A stretch of DNA of 64,000 nucleotides from an uncultured delta proteobacterium (GCA_963782055.1 CAWAIF010000003.1:3904001-3968000), one strand, 5' to 3'. Shown: positions 11,425 through 23,541, counted from the first letter of the stretch. Notes: generated by a model not told the origin, from the letters alone. Numbers and translations are program-made.

Positions 11425-12822
11425 TCAAGGCCCGTCGATCGCCTCCGCCACCGCCTCCGCCTGCTTGATGCAATCGGGGATGCCGTTGCCGAAGTAGCCG
11501 TTGCCCGCGAGGTGCAGGCCCGGGTGCGCGTCGAGCCGCCGCCGGACGCTCGCCATCCGCGCGAGGTGCCCCACCTCCGGCTGCGGGCTCGCCTTGTTCC
11601 ACCGGAAGACGCGCGCGAGCACCGGCTCGCCCCGTAGCTCGCCCATCAGCCCGGCGAGCTCCGCGCGCGCCGTCGCCACCAGGGCGTCGTCGGTCTCGGC
11701 GAGCACGTGCTCGTGGCCCACGCCGCCGAAGAAGGCCCGCAGCAGCACGTGCCCCTCCGGGGCGCGCCCCGGCCACTTGGAGGTGACCCACGTCGCCGCG
11801 ATGAGGCGAGCGTCAGGCTCGCGGACGCTGATGAAGCCGGTCGCGTCCAGCGGGTGCGCCACCTGCTCGCGCCGGTAGCCCAGGAAGACCACCGCGCTGG
11901 AGCCGACTCGGATGCCGCCGAGCAGATCCGCCAGCTCCGCGTCCAGGCCGCGCACGATCCCGGTCGTCGCGCAGGGTGTCGCCGTCAGCACCACGTGGTC
12001 CGCGCGCAGCGGCTCGCCGCCCTCCACGTCCACACGCCATGCGTCCCCTTCCCGCGCGACGCCCACCACCCGCGCGCCGGTGCGCACGCGGTCGCCCAGG
12101 GCGTCGGCGAGCGCCGCCGCCAGCCGCGCGATGCCCCCGCGCAGCGAGAGGAAGGCCGAGGCGCCCTTCGACGCCGCTCGCCGAGGGGGCCCGCTCCCGT
12201 GCGAGCGGCGGCGCGCGGCGCGCATCGCCAGGACCAGCGAGCCGTGCTTCTGCTCCATCTCCAGCAGCTGCGGGAACGCCGCCCGCACCGACAGGCGCCG
12301 CGGATCGCCGGCGAAGATGCCGCCCAGGAGCGGCCCGGCCAGCCGCTCCGCCGCCTGCGCGCCCAGCCGGCGCGCGATGAAGTCGTGCACCGACTCGTCG
12401 TCGTCGCCCTCGAAGCGCCGCACCGGCACCAGCGGCTCCAGGCCCATGCGCAGCTTGCCCCGCGGGGAGAAGAGGCGCGTCGTCACCATCGGCCCGATGC
12501 GCGTCGGCACGCCGAGCACCAGACCCTCCGGCAGGGGGTAGAGCTTGCCGCGGAAGGCGACGTACACGCGCCGGTTGTCCGGGAGCGTGCCGACCATGTC
12601 CCCTTCCAGCCCCAGGTCCTTCGCCAGACGTGTGGCGTGCGGCTTGGACGCCACCCACGCGTCCGGCCCGGCGTCCAGGACGAAGCCGTCCTCGCGCACG
12701 CTGAGCAGGTTGCCGCCGCGGCGCGCGCCCGCTTCCAGCACGGTCACGTCCGCCGTGTCCTTGAGCCGATAGGCACACGACAGGCCAGTGATCCCGCCAC
12801 CCACCACCACCACGCGCTTCAT
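11425..12822 (-). CDS. hemY: HemY-family FAD-dependent proto-/coproporphyrinogen oxidase
   Basis: GGGITGL dinucleotide fold, DAGPDAW, DDESV, PLLGGIFAGDP..LSVRAAFP, WVTSKWPGRAP, G.GIPDCI. Confidence 0.95.
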   Translation of the reverse strand: MKRVVVVGGGITGLSCAYRLKDTADVTVLEAGARRGGNLLSVREDGFVLDAGPDAWVASKPHATRLAKDLGLEGDMVGTLPDNRRVYVAFRGKLYPLPEGLVLGVPTRIGPMVTTRLFSPRGKLRMGLEPLVPVRRFEGDDDESVHDFIARRLGAQAAERLAGPLLGGIFAGDPRRLSVRAAFPQLLEMEQKHGSLVLAMRAARRRSHGSGPPRRAASKGASAFLSLRGGIARLAAALADALGDRVRTGARVVGVAREGDAWRVDVEGGEPLRADHVVLTATPCATTGIVRGLDAELADLLGGIRVGSSAVVFLGYRREQVAHPLDATGFISVREPDARLIAATWVTSKWPGRAPEGHVLLRAFFGGVGHEHVLAETDDALVATARAELAGLMGELRGEPVLARVFRWNKASPQPEVGHLARMASVRRRLDAHPGLHLAGNGYFGNGIPDCIKQAEAVAEAIDGP

Positions 12823-13754
12823 CGTCCGTCCTCCGCGAGAAGGGGCGCGGCGATCGCCGCCAGCACCGCCACCAGGTCGTCGTCGTCGTCGAGCGACGCC
12901 GAGCGCGAGAAGCCGAGCTTGCGCGCCCTCGCCATCGCCCTCGCCTCCACGTCCAGGTCATAGAGGATCTCCACGTGGTCGGCGAGGAAGCCGATGGGCG
13001 CCACCAGCGCGTGCGTGCGGCCGCGCGCCGCCAGCGCGTCGAACGTCTCGGCCAGCGTGGGACCGAGCCACGGCGCGGGGCGCCCCCCCGGGCCGCTCGT
13101 CATGCCCTGGCTCTGGAAGCACACCACCGCGTCCGGTAGCACGTCGGCGACGCGCCGCGCCACCGCGTCGGCGGCGGCGCGAACCTCCCGCTCGTAGGGA
13201 TCGCCCGCCTCGACGACGGCCCGCGGCAGCGAGTGGGCCGAGAGCACCAGCGTGGCGCCGTCGCGCTCCTCGGGCGAGAGCGCCGCCGCGGCCGCCCGCA
13301 CCCGCTTCGCGAAGGCGTCGGCGAGATCGTCGCGCCCGCCCCAGTTGCCCGCGCTCGCGACCTGCACCTCCGGGCCCCCGGCGGCGCGCAGCGCTGCCGT
13401 CGCCTCCAGCACCGCGTCGCGGTAGACGTGCGCCGAGAACTGCGCGAGCGCGACGACGACCACCCGCTCGACGCCCAGCTCCGCCAGCACGTCGCGCGGG
13501 TACGGGTGCCAGAGCCGCGACGCGAGGCGCACCGGCACCCCCAGCCGCGCCTCCAGCTTGCCCGCCAGCGAGCGGCTGGTGCGCACCAGCGGCGAGCCGC
13601 CCCCGATGGCGTCGTAGCGTCGGCGCAGCTCCGCCAGCAGCTCCGGCGGCGGCGGGTGCCCGCGGCGGATGTTGGTGACGAACGCCTCCAGGTCGGCGAG
13701 GTCTTCCACCGTGCCGTGCGAGACGAGCAGGACCGCCTGGCTGGCCGCGCTCAC
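12819..13754 (-). CDS. hemH: Ferrochelatase, Bacillus-type (coproporphyrin ferrochelatase-like)
   Basis: SHGT, RYDAIGGGSPL, LSAHSLP, GDPY, FQSQG..PWLGP, PIGFLADHVEILYDLD; GTG start after GGAGG. Confidence 0.93.
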   Translation of the reverse strand: MSAASQAVLLVSHGTVEDLADLEAFVTNIRRGHPPPPELLAELRRRYDAIGGGSPLVRTSRSLAGKLEARLGVPVRLASRLWHPYPRDVLAELGVERVVVVALAQFSAHVYRDAVLEATAALRAAGGPEVQVASAGNWGGRDDLADAFAKRVRAAAAALSPEERDGATLVLSAHSLPRAVVEAGDPYEREVRAAADAVARRVADVLPDAVVCFQSQGMTSGPGGRPAPWLGPTLAETFDALAARGRTHALVAPIGFLADHVEILYDLDVEARAMARARKLGFSRSASLDDDDDLVAVLAAIAAPLLAEDGR

Positions 13755-13762
13755 GAGCCTCC

Positions 13763-14791
13763 CTACGCGCGCCGCTCGGTTGCAGAATGCACGTAATCCA
13801 CCACCGCCTTCACCGTGTCCACCGGCGTCTCCGGCAGGATGCCGTGCCCCAGGTTGAAGACGTGCCCCGGGCGCCCCTCCGCCGCGGCGAGCACCCGCGC
13901 CACGTGCTTCTCCACCACCGCGCGCGGGGCGAAGAGCACAGTCGGGTCCAGGTTGCCCTGGATGGCGTGGTCGTGACCGACGCGCTTCCAGCCCTCGGCG
14001 AGCGGCGTGCGCCAGTCCAGGCCGATGACGTGCCCGCCCGCGTCGCGCTGCGCCTCCAGCAGGGCGTGCGTGCCGGTCCCGAAGTGGATGACCGGCACGC
14101 CCGCCGTCATCACGTCGGCCAGCACGTGCCTGACGTGCGGCTGCACGTACTCCAGGTAGTCGCCCACCGAGAGCTGGCCCACCCACGAGTCGAAGAGCTG
14201 CACCGTCTCCGCCCCGGCGACGATCTGCGCGCGCAGGTAGCGGCGCACGACCTCCGCCAGCTTGCTCATCAGCGCGTGCCACGCCTCCGGCTGCGAGTAC
14301 ATCAGCCGCTTGGTCTTGACGAAGTGCGCGCTCTTGCCGCCCTCGATGAGGTAGCTCGCCAGGGTGAAGGGCGCGCCGGCGAAGCCGATGAGCGGCACCT
14401 TGCCCGAGAGCTCGCGGCGGATGGTGCGGATCGCCTCCAGCACGTAGCCGAGGCCCTCCTCCGGGTCGATGACGCGCAGGGCGTCGATCTGCTCGACGCG
14501 CGCGATGGGCTCGTGCACGACGGGCCCCTCCCCCTTCGCGAACTCGAAGGGCGCCCCCATCGGCTCCAGCGGGAGCAGGATGTCGGCGAAGAGGATGGCG
14601 GCGTCCACCCCCAGCCGCAGTGGCTGCAGGGTGACCTGACACGCCAGCTCCGGCGTCTTGCACAGCTCCAGCAGGCCGTACTTCTCGCGCAGCGCGCGGT
14701 ACTCCGGCATGTAGCGGCCGGCCTGCCGCATGAACCAGACGGGTGTGGCGTCCGTCGGCTCGCGACGGCACGCGCGGAGAAATCGGCTCAA
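13763..14791 (-). CDS. hemE: Uroporphyrinogen decarboxylase
   Basis: PVWFMRQAGRYMPEYR, DAAILFADIL, IGFAGAPFTLASY, QLFDSW, QGNLDP, FNLGHGILP. Confidence 0.97.
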   Translation of the reverse strand: MSRFLRACRREPTDATPVWFMRQAGRYMPEYRALREKYGLLELCKTPELACQVTLQPLRLGVDAAILFADILLPLEPMGAPFEFAKGEGPVVHEPIARVEQIDALRVIDPEEGLGYVLEAIRTIRRELSGKVPLIGFAGAPFTLASYLIEGGKSAHFVKTKRLMYSQPEAWHALMSKLAEVVRRYLRAQIVAGAETVQLFDSWVGQLSVGDYLEYVQPHVRHVLADVMTAGVPVIHFGTGTHALLEAQRDAGGHVIGLDWRTPLAEGWKRVGHDHAIQGNLDPTVLFAPRAVVEKHVARVLAAAEGRPGHVFNLGHGILPETPVDTVKAVVDYVHSATERRA

Positions 14792-14794
14792 GGG

Positions 14795-16849
14795 CTAGCT
14801 CTTCTGGTTGTAGTTGGTGTTCTCGAGCAGGATGACGTTGGTCTTGCTGCGCGTCTCCCCCACGCTCGTCACGTAGACCGCCGGCTGGTCCTGCACCGGG
14901 CACACCTTCTCGCACGCGCCGCAGCCGATGCAAAGGCTCGGGTCGACGTGCGGCTTCTGCAGGTGGACCGTCTTCATGGGCGGGGGCTCCCCGTTGGGTC
15001 CGGGCTTCTTGCTCCGCACCTGCTGGTCCGCCTCCTCGACCCAGATGGCCTTGGGCGACGTCGGGCAGAACTCCTCGCACACGATGCACGGCGTCCCCAT
15101 GCTCCACGGCAGGCAGCGCCCGTGATCGTAGAAGGCGGTGCCGATCTTGATGGGCGGCACGCCCAGGCCGAGCTTCTCCTTCTCGGTGATCTTCTGGATG
15201 GCGCCCGTCGGGCACACCTGCCCGCAGAGCACGCACGAGTGCTCGCAGTAGCCGATGCGCGCGATGAGGATGGGCGTCCACATGCCCTCCACGCCCGCCT
15301 CGAAGAAGGCGGGGTGCAGCGCGTTGTTGGGACACACCTTCATGCACTCGGCGCAGCGGATGCAGCGCTCCAGGAAGGCGCGCTCCTCCACGGCGCCGGG
15401 CGGGCGGATGACGCGGGAGTGGTAGTTGACGTCCAGCGAGTCCGCCACGCGCGCCATGGGCAGGAAGAGCGCGCCCGCGCCCGCCGCCGCCATGGTGGTG
15501 CGGCGCTGCGTGTCCGGCCGCGTGACGGTGCTCACCCGCTTCGGCAGGAAGCGGAACTTGATCACGTCCTCCGGGCAGGCGGTCTCGCAGTTGAGGCACA
15601 TGTGGCACTCGTCCTGGCGCCACTTGACGCCGCCCTGCGGGCTGTCGGCGCCCTGGCAGTTGACGAGGCACAGGTTGCAGTCGGTGCACTTCGCGTGGTC
15701 CTTCTCCATCCCGAAGAGGGCGAAGCGCGCGAAGACGCCGAGGAACGCGCCCAGCGGGCAGAGCACCCGGCACCAGAAGCGCGGGATGAAGCGGTTGGCG
15801 AAGAGCACCGCCACCAGCAAGAAGAGGATGAGCCAGGTCTGGTGGTAGTAAAACTGGTGCGACTGCCAGACCGTGTGCGCGAGGTAGTCCTGCGAGTGAT
15901 CCGCCGCGTTCTGGACGACGTGGGAGTGGACGTGGGTGTCCACCGCGGTCATGCCGCGACCGGTCACGTACTGCGCCGCCGGGATGACGCCCAGGCCGAT
16001 CGACCGCACCGCGATGCAGATGGGATCGAACATGCCGCCGATGGCGCTGCCCGCCACCGCGGCGAGCAGGAAGGCGTAGAGCAGGTAGTACTTCGCGCGC
16101 TGGTAGGTGTGAGTCTTGTTCGCCTCGACGCGCGAGGCGCCGCGGCCGCGGCGCGAGGGCAGCAGCCACCCGAAGAAGTGGTGCAGCGTGCCGAAGGGGC
16201 AGATCCACCCGCAGAAGACGCGGCCGAAGACGAGCGTCAGCGCGAGCAAGCCGACGCTCCACAGCAGGCCGCGGTAGACCGTGTGCGTGGAGAGCGCCGT
16301 CATCCCGCTCACGAAGGGGTCGGCGAGGAGAAAGGCCTCGACGGGGTACGGCAGGCGCACCGTCGCGTCCGCCTGCGCGGCGAAGGAGCCGCGGAAGGTG
16401 GTCTGGAAGAGGAAGTAGCAGAAGAGCGCGAAGAAGCCGGCCTGCGAGGCGCGGCGCACCCAGACGAGCACGCGGATGCGCTTGCGGGCGGGGATGCCGG
16501 AGCCAGGGCGCTTCGGGTCGATCTTCTTCGGCTTCGCCTTCGCCGCGGGGAGCGGCTTGCTCCCGGCCTCGCCGCCGTCCGCCTGCGCCTTCACGGGTGC
16601 GACGGGCACGCACGTGTCCTTCGCCGGGGGCGCCACGGGCTCGCCGACGCCGCTCGCGTCCAGCGCCTCCACCGCGCCCACCCTCCCCGTCTTCCACGGG
16701 ATGGGCTCGACGTGCTCGTGCATCTCCGTCGCGGCGTCGGAGCCCCCGCGGCCAGCGGCATCGGAGCCCCCGCGGCCAGCGGCATCGATCGCGGACAGAT
16801 CGAGCTTGACGCCGGCGTGGAGCGTCGGCGGGTGCAGGGCTTGCGCCAC
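14795..16849 (-). CDS. Membrane-bound polyferredoxin (NapH/MauN-like TM domain fused to NapG/MauM-like multi-4Fe-4S domain)
   Basis: GRVFCGWICPFG, RFWCRVLCPLG, several CxxCxxCxxxC clusters, IRPPGAVEERAFLERCIRCAECMKVCP. Confidence 0.9.
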   Translation of the reverse strand: MAQALHPPTLHAGVKLDLSAIDAAGRGGSDAAGRGGSDAATEMHEHVEPIPWKTGRVGAVEALDASGVGEPVAPPAKDTCVPVAPVKAQADGGEAGSKPLPAAKAKPKKIDPKRPGSGIPARKRIRVLVWVRRASQAGFFALFCYFLFQTTFRGSFAAQADATVRLPYPVEAFLLADPFVSGMTALSTHTVYRGLLWSVGLLALTLVFGRVFCGWICPFGTLHHFFGWLLPSRRGRGASRVEANKTHTYQRAKYYLLYAFLLAAVAGSAIGGMFDPICIAVRSIGLGVIPAAQYVTGRGMTAVDTHVHSHVVQNAADHSQDYLAHTVWQSHQFYYHQTWLILFLLVAVLFANRFIPRFWCRVLCPLGAFLGVFARFALFGMEKDHAKCTDCNLCLVNCQGADSPQGGVKWRQDECHMCLNCETACPEDVIKFRFLPKRVSTVTRPDTQRRTTMAAAGAGALFLPMARVADSLDVNYHSRVIRPPGAVEERAFLERCIRCAECMKVCPNNALHPAFFEAGVEGMWTPILIARIGYCEHSCVLCGQVCPTGAIQKITEKEKLGLGVPPIKIGTAFYDHGRCLPWSMGTPCIVCEEFCPTSPKAIWVEEADQQVRSKKPGPNGEPPPMKTVHLQKPHVDPSLCIGCGACEKVCPVQDQPAVYVTSVGETRSKTNVILLENTNYNQKS
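16737..16784 (-). repeat. 24-bp tandem duplication (DAAGRGGS x2) in the low-complexity N-terminus of the polyferredoxin
   Basis: TCGGAGCCCCCGCGGCCAGCGGCA occurs twice in tandem. Confidence 0.8.
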
Positions 16850-16850
16850 G

Positions 16851-17873
16851 CTAGACCTCCTTCACGCGGAGGTTTTCCCAGTACATCGTGCCGATGCCGC
16901 GCTCGTTCGCCATCTTCAGGTAGTGCAGGTTGTCGCGGTGCTGGCCGATGAGTGTGCACGCGTAGGCGTCGGCGGCGACCTGGTCGATCGACGCGACGAC
17001 GGTGTTCATCACGCGGGTATCGTCGATGTTGCCGCCCTGCGGCCCGTTACGGACGAGCACGCGCGTGCCGTCGATGACGGTGAGCGTGGGGCGCATGAAG
17101 GTGGCCAGGTCGGCGATGGATGTGTCGATGTTCTGGTGCAGGCGGTTGCGGCGGCCGCCGAGCACGCCGTACCAGTTTTTCATCGCCGCGGTGAACTTGG
17201 CCAGGTTGTGATGCTTGGCGACCGGGACGTTGATGACCTTGTCGGCGTCCACCAGGGTGGTGAAGACCGGCCACTCGTCGAGCACGTCGCCCTTGAGGCG
17301 CATGGTGCGGTAGCGGTGCTCGGCGGGGAGGACCACCTCGGCCCCGAGGGAGTACGCCTTGCGCCAGATGCCGGAGCGCTGGAAGCACCGGTCGGGGTCG
17401 TTGCACGAGCCATCGGCGACGACGACGGTCTTGGCGCCCGCTTCGAAGGCGGCCTTGACCACCGCGCCCACCACGTCCGGGTTGGTGTTGGCGGCCTGCA
17501 CCGGGAGGCGGTCCCAGCCGATGTTGGGCTTGACCACCACCACGTCCCCTCGCGACACGAAGCGGCCCATGCCGCCCAGGGCCTCCAGGGCGTTCCGGAC
17601 GAGCTGCTCCTGCGTCGGGGGAGGCTGCCCCTCCTTCGCCTTGGCGACGGCCAGCTCGGCGAAGCGCTTGTCCTTGCTGGCGTTCGGGTTGCGGTAGTCA
17701 CGCACCTGCCGCGCGCCCTGCTCCGCCGCGACCCCGTAGCCGCCGTGATCCCAGAGCTCCCGCCCCAGCACCGCGGCCCCGGCCATCACGCCGACGCTCG
17801 CGCCCACCCGCGTGAGCACCTCGCGGCGGGACAGACCCCCTGGGCCCTTCGGCTTGGACGTGTCGTCGGCCAT
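16851..17873 (-). CDS. DUF362-domain protein with Tat-type signal
   Basis: LSRREVL; ALEALGGMGRFVSRGDVVVVKPNIGWD, ANTNPDVV, INVPVAKHH, AMKNWYG, DQVAADAY. Confidence 0.88.
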   Translation of the reverse strand: MADDTSKPKGPGGLSRREVLTRVGASVGVMAGAAVLGRELWDHGGYGVAAEQGARQVRDYRNPNASKDKRFAELAVAKAKEGQPPPTQEQLVRNALEALGGMGRFVSRGDVVVVKPNIGWDRLPVQAANTNPDVVGAVVKAAFEAGAKTVVVADGSCNDPDRCFQRSGIWRKAYSLGAEVVLPAEHRYRTMRLKGDVLDEWPVFTTLVDADKVINVPVAKHHNLAKFTAAMKNWYGVLGGRRNRLHQNIDTSIADLATFMRPTLTVIDGTRVLVRNGPQGGNIDDTRVMNTVVASIDQVAADAYACTLIGQHRDNLHYLKMANERGIGTMYWENLRVKEV

Positions 17874-18075
17874 GGCTTCCTTCTTCGTGCCGTTCGGGCT
17901 GTCGGCCGGCCTGCGGCCGCACCTCCGTCGCACGTATCCATAGCGCTGTTCGCCTACGCCGCCAATTCCTCGCCGTCCCCCGCCCTGCGGGCCCGCCTCC
18001 CCACCCTCCACGACCTGTGGGGCCCGCTCGGCCGTGCGTAGACGCCCCGGCGAAGAGCGGAGTAAATGCGCGGCG

Positions 18076-19545
18076 ATGGCGGCCGCGACCGAGCGCATCT
18101 TGCGGGGACCGCTCGGGTGGGAGGTCGCGCGCTTCGGCACCCCCCTGGCGCTCGGGATGGCGCTCCAGACCACCTTCAACGTGGTGGACGCCTACATCCT
18201 CTCCCAGCTCCCCCGGGAGGAGGTCGGCGCGGCCCTCGGGGCGCTGGGGCTCTGCGACCAGGTCGCGGCCCTGGGGACGATCGTCAGCTACGGGCTGACC
18301 ATCGCGGTGACCACACGCATCGCCCTGCAGCACGGGGCCGGCAACGACGAGGGGGTGCGGCACACCGCCTGGCAGTCGGTCCTGATGATCGGGGCGCTCA
18401 GCGCCCTCTTCGCGGTGGCCGGCCTGCTCTTCGCCGGACCCATCATGCGCGATCTCATCGGCGCCAAGGGCGACGTCGCGGCGTACGGGACGAGCTACCT
18501 GCGCGTCATCGTGGGCGGCAGCTTCACCATCTTCTTCCTCCTGCTGCTCACCAGCCTGCAGCGGGCGCTCGGCTCGGCGAAGACACCGGCCGCGCTCCTG
18601 GTGGGGGGCAACGTCCTCAACATCCTGCTCGCGCTGCTGCTGGTGTTCGGTCCGGGGCCGGCGCCCCGCGCGCTCGCCTTCTGCACCGAGACCGCGCGCT
18701 TTCTCCACGTCCCGCGCATGGGGATGCTCGGCGCCGCATGGGCGACCATCGTCGCGCGGCTGGTCGTCCTCGCGCCGAACGCGTGGGTGCTCGTACGCCG
18801 CTTCGGCGTGGGCACCCCACCGCCCCGCCGCGCCGGCCCCGACTGGGCGGAGTGGGCCCGGATCTGGCGGGTGGCGTGGCCCTCGTCGGCGCAGTTCTTC
18901 GTGCGCATCGGCGCCGGCCTCTTCGTCAACTCGCTGGTGGCGCGCTTCTTCACGACCCAGACGGACCAGACCGCCAACACCGCGATGGGCCTCGTCTTCC
19001 GCCTGGACACCATGGCCATCTTCGTCGCCATGGGCTGGGGAAGCGCCGCGCAGACCTTCGTCGGGCATGCGCTCGGCGCCGGGCGGGAGCGCCGGGCACG
19101 GCGAAGCGGCCTGGTGGCCGCCGGCTACGACGCCATCACCAACGTGCTGCTGGTGATCGCCATCCTGTGGACCGGGCACACGCTGCTGCGCATCTTCGAC
19201 AGGGACCCGGAGCCGGTGCGCATCGGCGTGCTGTACCTGGGGACGGTCGCGCCCAGCTACCTCGGCCTGGGGCTGGGCATCGTGCTCGCCAGCGCGATGA
19301 GCGGCGCCGGCGCCACCCGCACCACCCTCGTCGTGGACCTCGCGGTCATCCTCGGCTTCCAGGTGCCGGTGTCGCTCGCCGCCGTCACCCTGGGGGGTGC
19401 GGGCCTGCTCGGGCTCTTCCGCTGCGTGGCGATCACCTCCTGGGTCTCGGGCGTCGTCTACCTCCTCGTCTACGTGCGGGCCCGCTGGACGGCCGCGGTG
19501 GGGCCTCGCGTCGTGCCCGCACCTGCTGTACATTCAGGCCCATGA
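18076..19545 (+). CDS. MATE-family efflux transporter
   Basis: ILRGPL...PLALGMALQTTFNVVD, YLRVI, QRALGSAKTP, MGMLGAAWAT; about 12 hydrophobic segments. Confidence 0.9.
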   Translation: MAAATERILRGPLGWEVARFGTPLALGMALQTTFNVVDAYILSQLPREEVGAALGALGLCDQVAALGTIVSYGLTIAVTTRIALQHGAGNDEGVRHTAWQSVLMIGALSALFAVAGLLFAGPIMRDLIGAKGDVAAYGTSYLRVIVGGSFTIFFLLLLTSLQRALGSAKTPAALLVGGNVLNILLALLLVFGPGPAPRALAFCTETARFLHVPRMGMLGAAWATIVARLVVLAPNAWVLVRRFGVGTPPPRRAGPDWAEWARIWRVAWPSSAQFFVRIGAGLFVNSLVARFFTTQTDQTANTAMGLVFRLDTMAIFVAMGWGSAAQTFVGHALGAGRERRARRSGLVAAGYDAITNVLLVIAILWTGHTLLRIFDRDPEPVRIGVLYLGTVAPSYLGLGLGIVLASAMSGAGATRTTLVVDLAVILGFQVPVSLAAVTLGGAGLLGLFRCVAITSWVSGVVYLLVYVRARWTAAVGPRVVPAPAVHSGP

Positions 19546-19862
19546 GCGGGTCCTCGTCCGCGCACCGCAGCCGCACCGGGCCGCGCCCTCCGGCGTCGGC
19601 GCCGGCCGCCACGCCTGCGCCCGCCGAGGGCTTCACCACCGCGTCGCACGACGTGCTCTTCACCGGCGGCGACGAGATGCGGTGCGACATCTGCGGCACC
19701 ACGCTCGGCGAGGACGCCGAGTCGCGGGGCGGTCGCGGCGCCTACCTCTTCGCCCGCGGCGACGCGGTGCGGGAGGAAGACGCCCCCCTCTGTCGGGAGT
19801 GCGGCACCGCGATCCTGGCGAGCGCCCGCGCCCGCTGGGAGATCGAGGAAGACGAGGGCTAG
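19542..19862 (+). CDS. Small hypothetical protein with CxxC...CxxC zinc-ribbon motif
   Basis: ATGA overlap with MATE stop; CDICG...LCRECG; acidic end WEIEEDEG. Confidence 0.65.
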   Translation: MSGSSSAHRSRTGPRPPASAPAATPAPAEGFTTASHDVLFTGGDEMRCDICGTTLGEDAESRGGRGAYLFARGDAVREEDAPLCRECGTAILASARARWEIEEDEG

Positions 19863-19869
19863 TCCCCCC

Positions 19870-20637
19870 TCACTGGACGGGGAGGTCCTCTTCCTCGGCG
19901 TGAGGGTACTTGCGCTTCAGGTGCTCCAGGCACGCCGCGCGCAGCGTGGTCGCGACGGGCGTGGACTGCGCGACCAGACGCAGCTCGTGCCGGAGGAGCA
20001 GCCCGGCGATGGGCAGGGCGAGGTCCAGAGGCATGTCCGGGTTGAGCAGCAGGGAGAGCCGCACGCGCGGGCGGTGCACCCACCGCGTCGCCCGGGCGAT
20101 CTCCGCCAGCACGTCCGGACGCGACGGCCGCCGCGCCACCAGGCGCACCAGGTCGTCCTCGGTGAGGCGAGGGTTGCGCAGCACGCCGCGGATGACGTCG
20201 GGGTGCGGGTCGAGCAGCAGCTTCTCCAGCAGGTCCCGGTCGGGCCGGCGCGCCAGCGACTTGCGCTCGCCCAGCGTGAGCGGGCGCCCGTAGCCGTAGT
20301 CCGGCGGCCTGTCGGCGCGTCTGGGGTCGCGCGGGCGCGTCGAGTGGGCGGGGCGTCGCAGGATGCGATCCAGCGCGACGAGCGACGCGCCCGCCGCCTG
20401 CTCGCGGAGCTGCTGCGCCGCCTCCACCAGGCGCACGTCGTTGACGGCGTCGACGATGCTCACCAGCACCTCCTTGGCGGCGTCGTCGCCTTCCTCGGCC
20501 CCGAGGGCGATGCGATCCAGCGCCACCGCCATCGCCTCGACGGGCGCACCCTGCACGCGGTCGACGACGTAGTCCACCCGCAGCCGCGCGTCGGCGAGCG
20601 CCGTGATCGCGCGGATGAGAGAGTCGGCCAGTGCCAC
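19870..20637 (-). CDS. Uncharacterised helical-repeat protein (shares a domain with 51094-52218)
   Basis: Coding-like 255-aa ORF; DPHPDVIRGVLRNPRLTE...WVHRPRVRLSLLLNPDMP. Confidence 0.75.
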   Translation of the reverse strand: MALADSLIRAITALADARLRVDYVVDRVQGAPVEAMAVALDRIALGAEEGDDAAKEVLVSIVDAVNDVRLVEAAQQLREQAAGASLVALDRILRRPAHSTRPRDPRRADRPPDYGYGRPLTLGERKSLARRPDRDLLEKLLLDPHPDVIRGVLRNPRLTEDDLVRLVARRPSRPDVLAEIARATRWVHRPRVRLSLLLNPDMPLDLALPIAGLLLRHELRLVAQSTPVATTLRAACLEHLKRKYPHAEEEDLPVQ

Positions 20638-20793
20638 GTCCGGATTCTAACCGCCGGGGCCGCGCCTGGCAGCCCGGAAGCCCCGATTGGCCCATCCGGG
20701 GCCCTCGCCTTTGGGCCGGGGCGGCCCCGCCGGCGGCCTAGCCAATCCGGGGGCTTGCAATTCCCCTCGTGCTGCGCAAGCTCCTAGGGCGGG

Positions 20794-21138
20794 ATGCCGA
20801 ACGAGATCAAGCCCGGCGGAGGGCAACCTGGTGGGCCGGCCGAAGAGCTCGACGTCAAGGTGCGCCCGAAGAGCGTCACCCCGCGCCGCTACAAGGTCAT
20901 CTTCCACAACGACGACTACACCACGATGGAGTTCGTCGTCCTCGCGCTGATGCAGTTTTTCCACAAGAACGAGGCCGAGGCGACGCACATCATGCTCACC
21001 GTGCACAAGAAGGGTCGCGGCATCGCCGGCGTCTACAGCCGCGACGTGGCCGAGACGAAGGTCGCCGAGGTCACCGACTTCGCGCGCGAGTACGGCATGC
21101 CGCTGCTCGTCACGGCGGAGCCGGAGTCGGAGTCCTAG
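20794..21138 (+). CDS. clpS: Clp protease adaptor ClpS
   Basis: [17 protein letters not shown]...[23 protein letters not shown]; directly upstream of clpA. Confidence 0.97.
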   Translation: MPNEIKPGGGQPGGPAEELDVKVRPKSVTPRRYKVIFHNDDYTTMEFVVLALMQFFHKNEAEATHIMLTVHKKGRGIAGVYSRDVAETKVAEVTDFAREYGMPLLVTAEPESES

Positions 21139-21145
21139 GAGCCCC

Positions 21146-23455
<2,310 letters not shown>

Positions 23456-23541
23456 CCGAGAACGGCCTTTCCGAAAAAAAAATGGCGCGGCGCGCAACCC
23501 CGAGTGCCGCTCGAGCATACGTACATATGGTGGGTATGCAC

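Noticed and set aside
12819..16951. Very long ORFs of 1292 aa (-) and 1054 aa (+), and similar ones such as 28397-31849, 49768-52200, 56427-59279 and 57350-60043
   Set aside because: Shadow or alternative frames of real genes in high-GC DNA, Arg/Ala/Gly-rich with no motifs. In some, only the 3' portion is the real gene (hemH, SPFH protein, lipoprotein).
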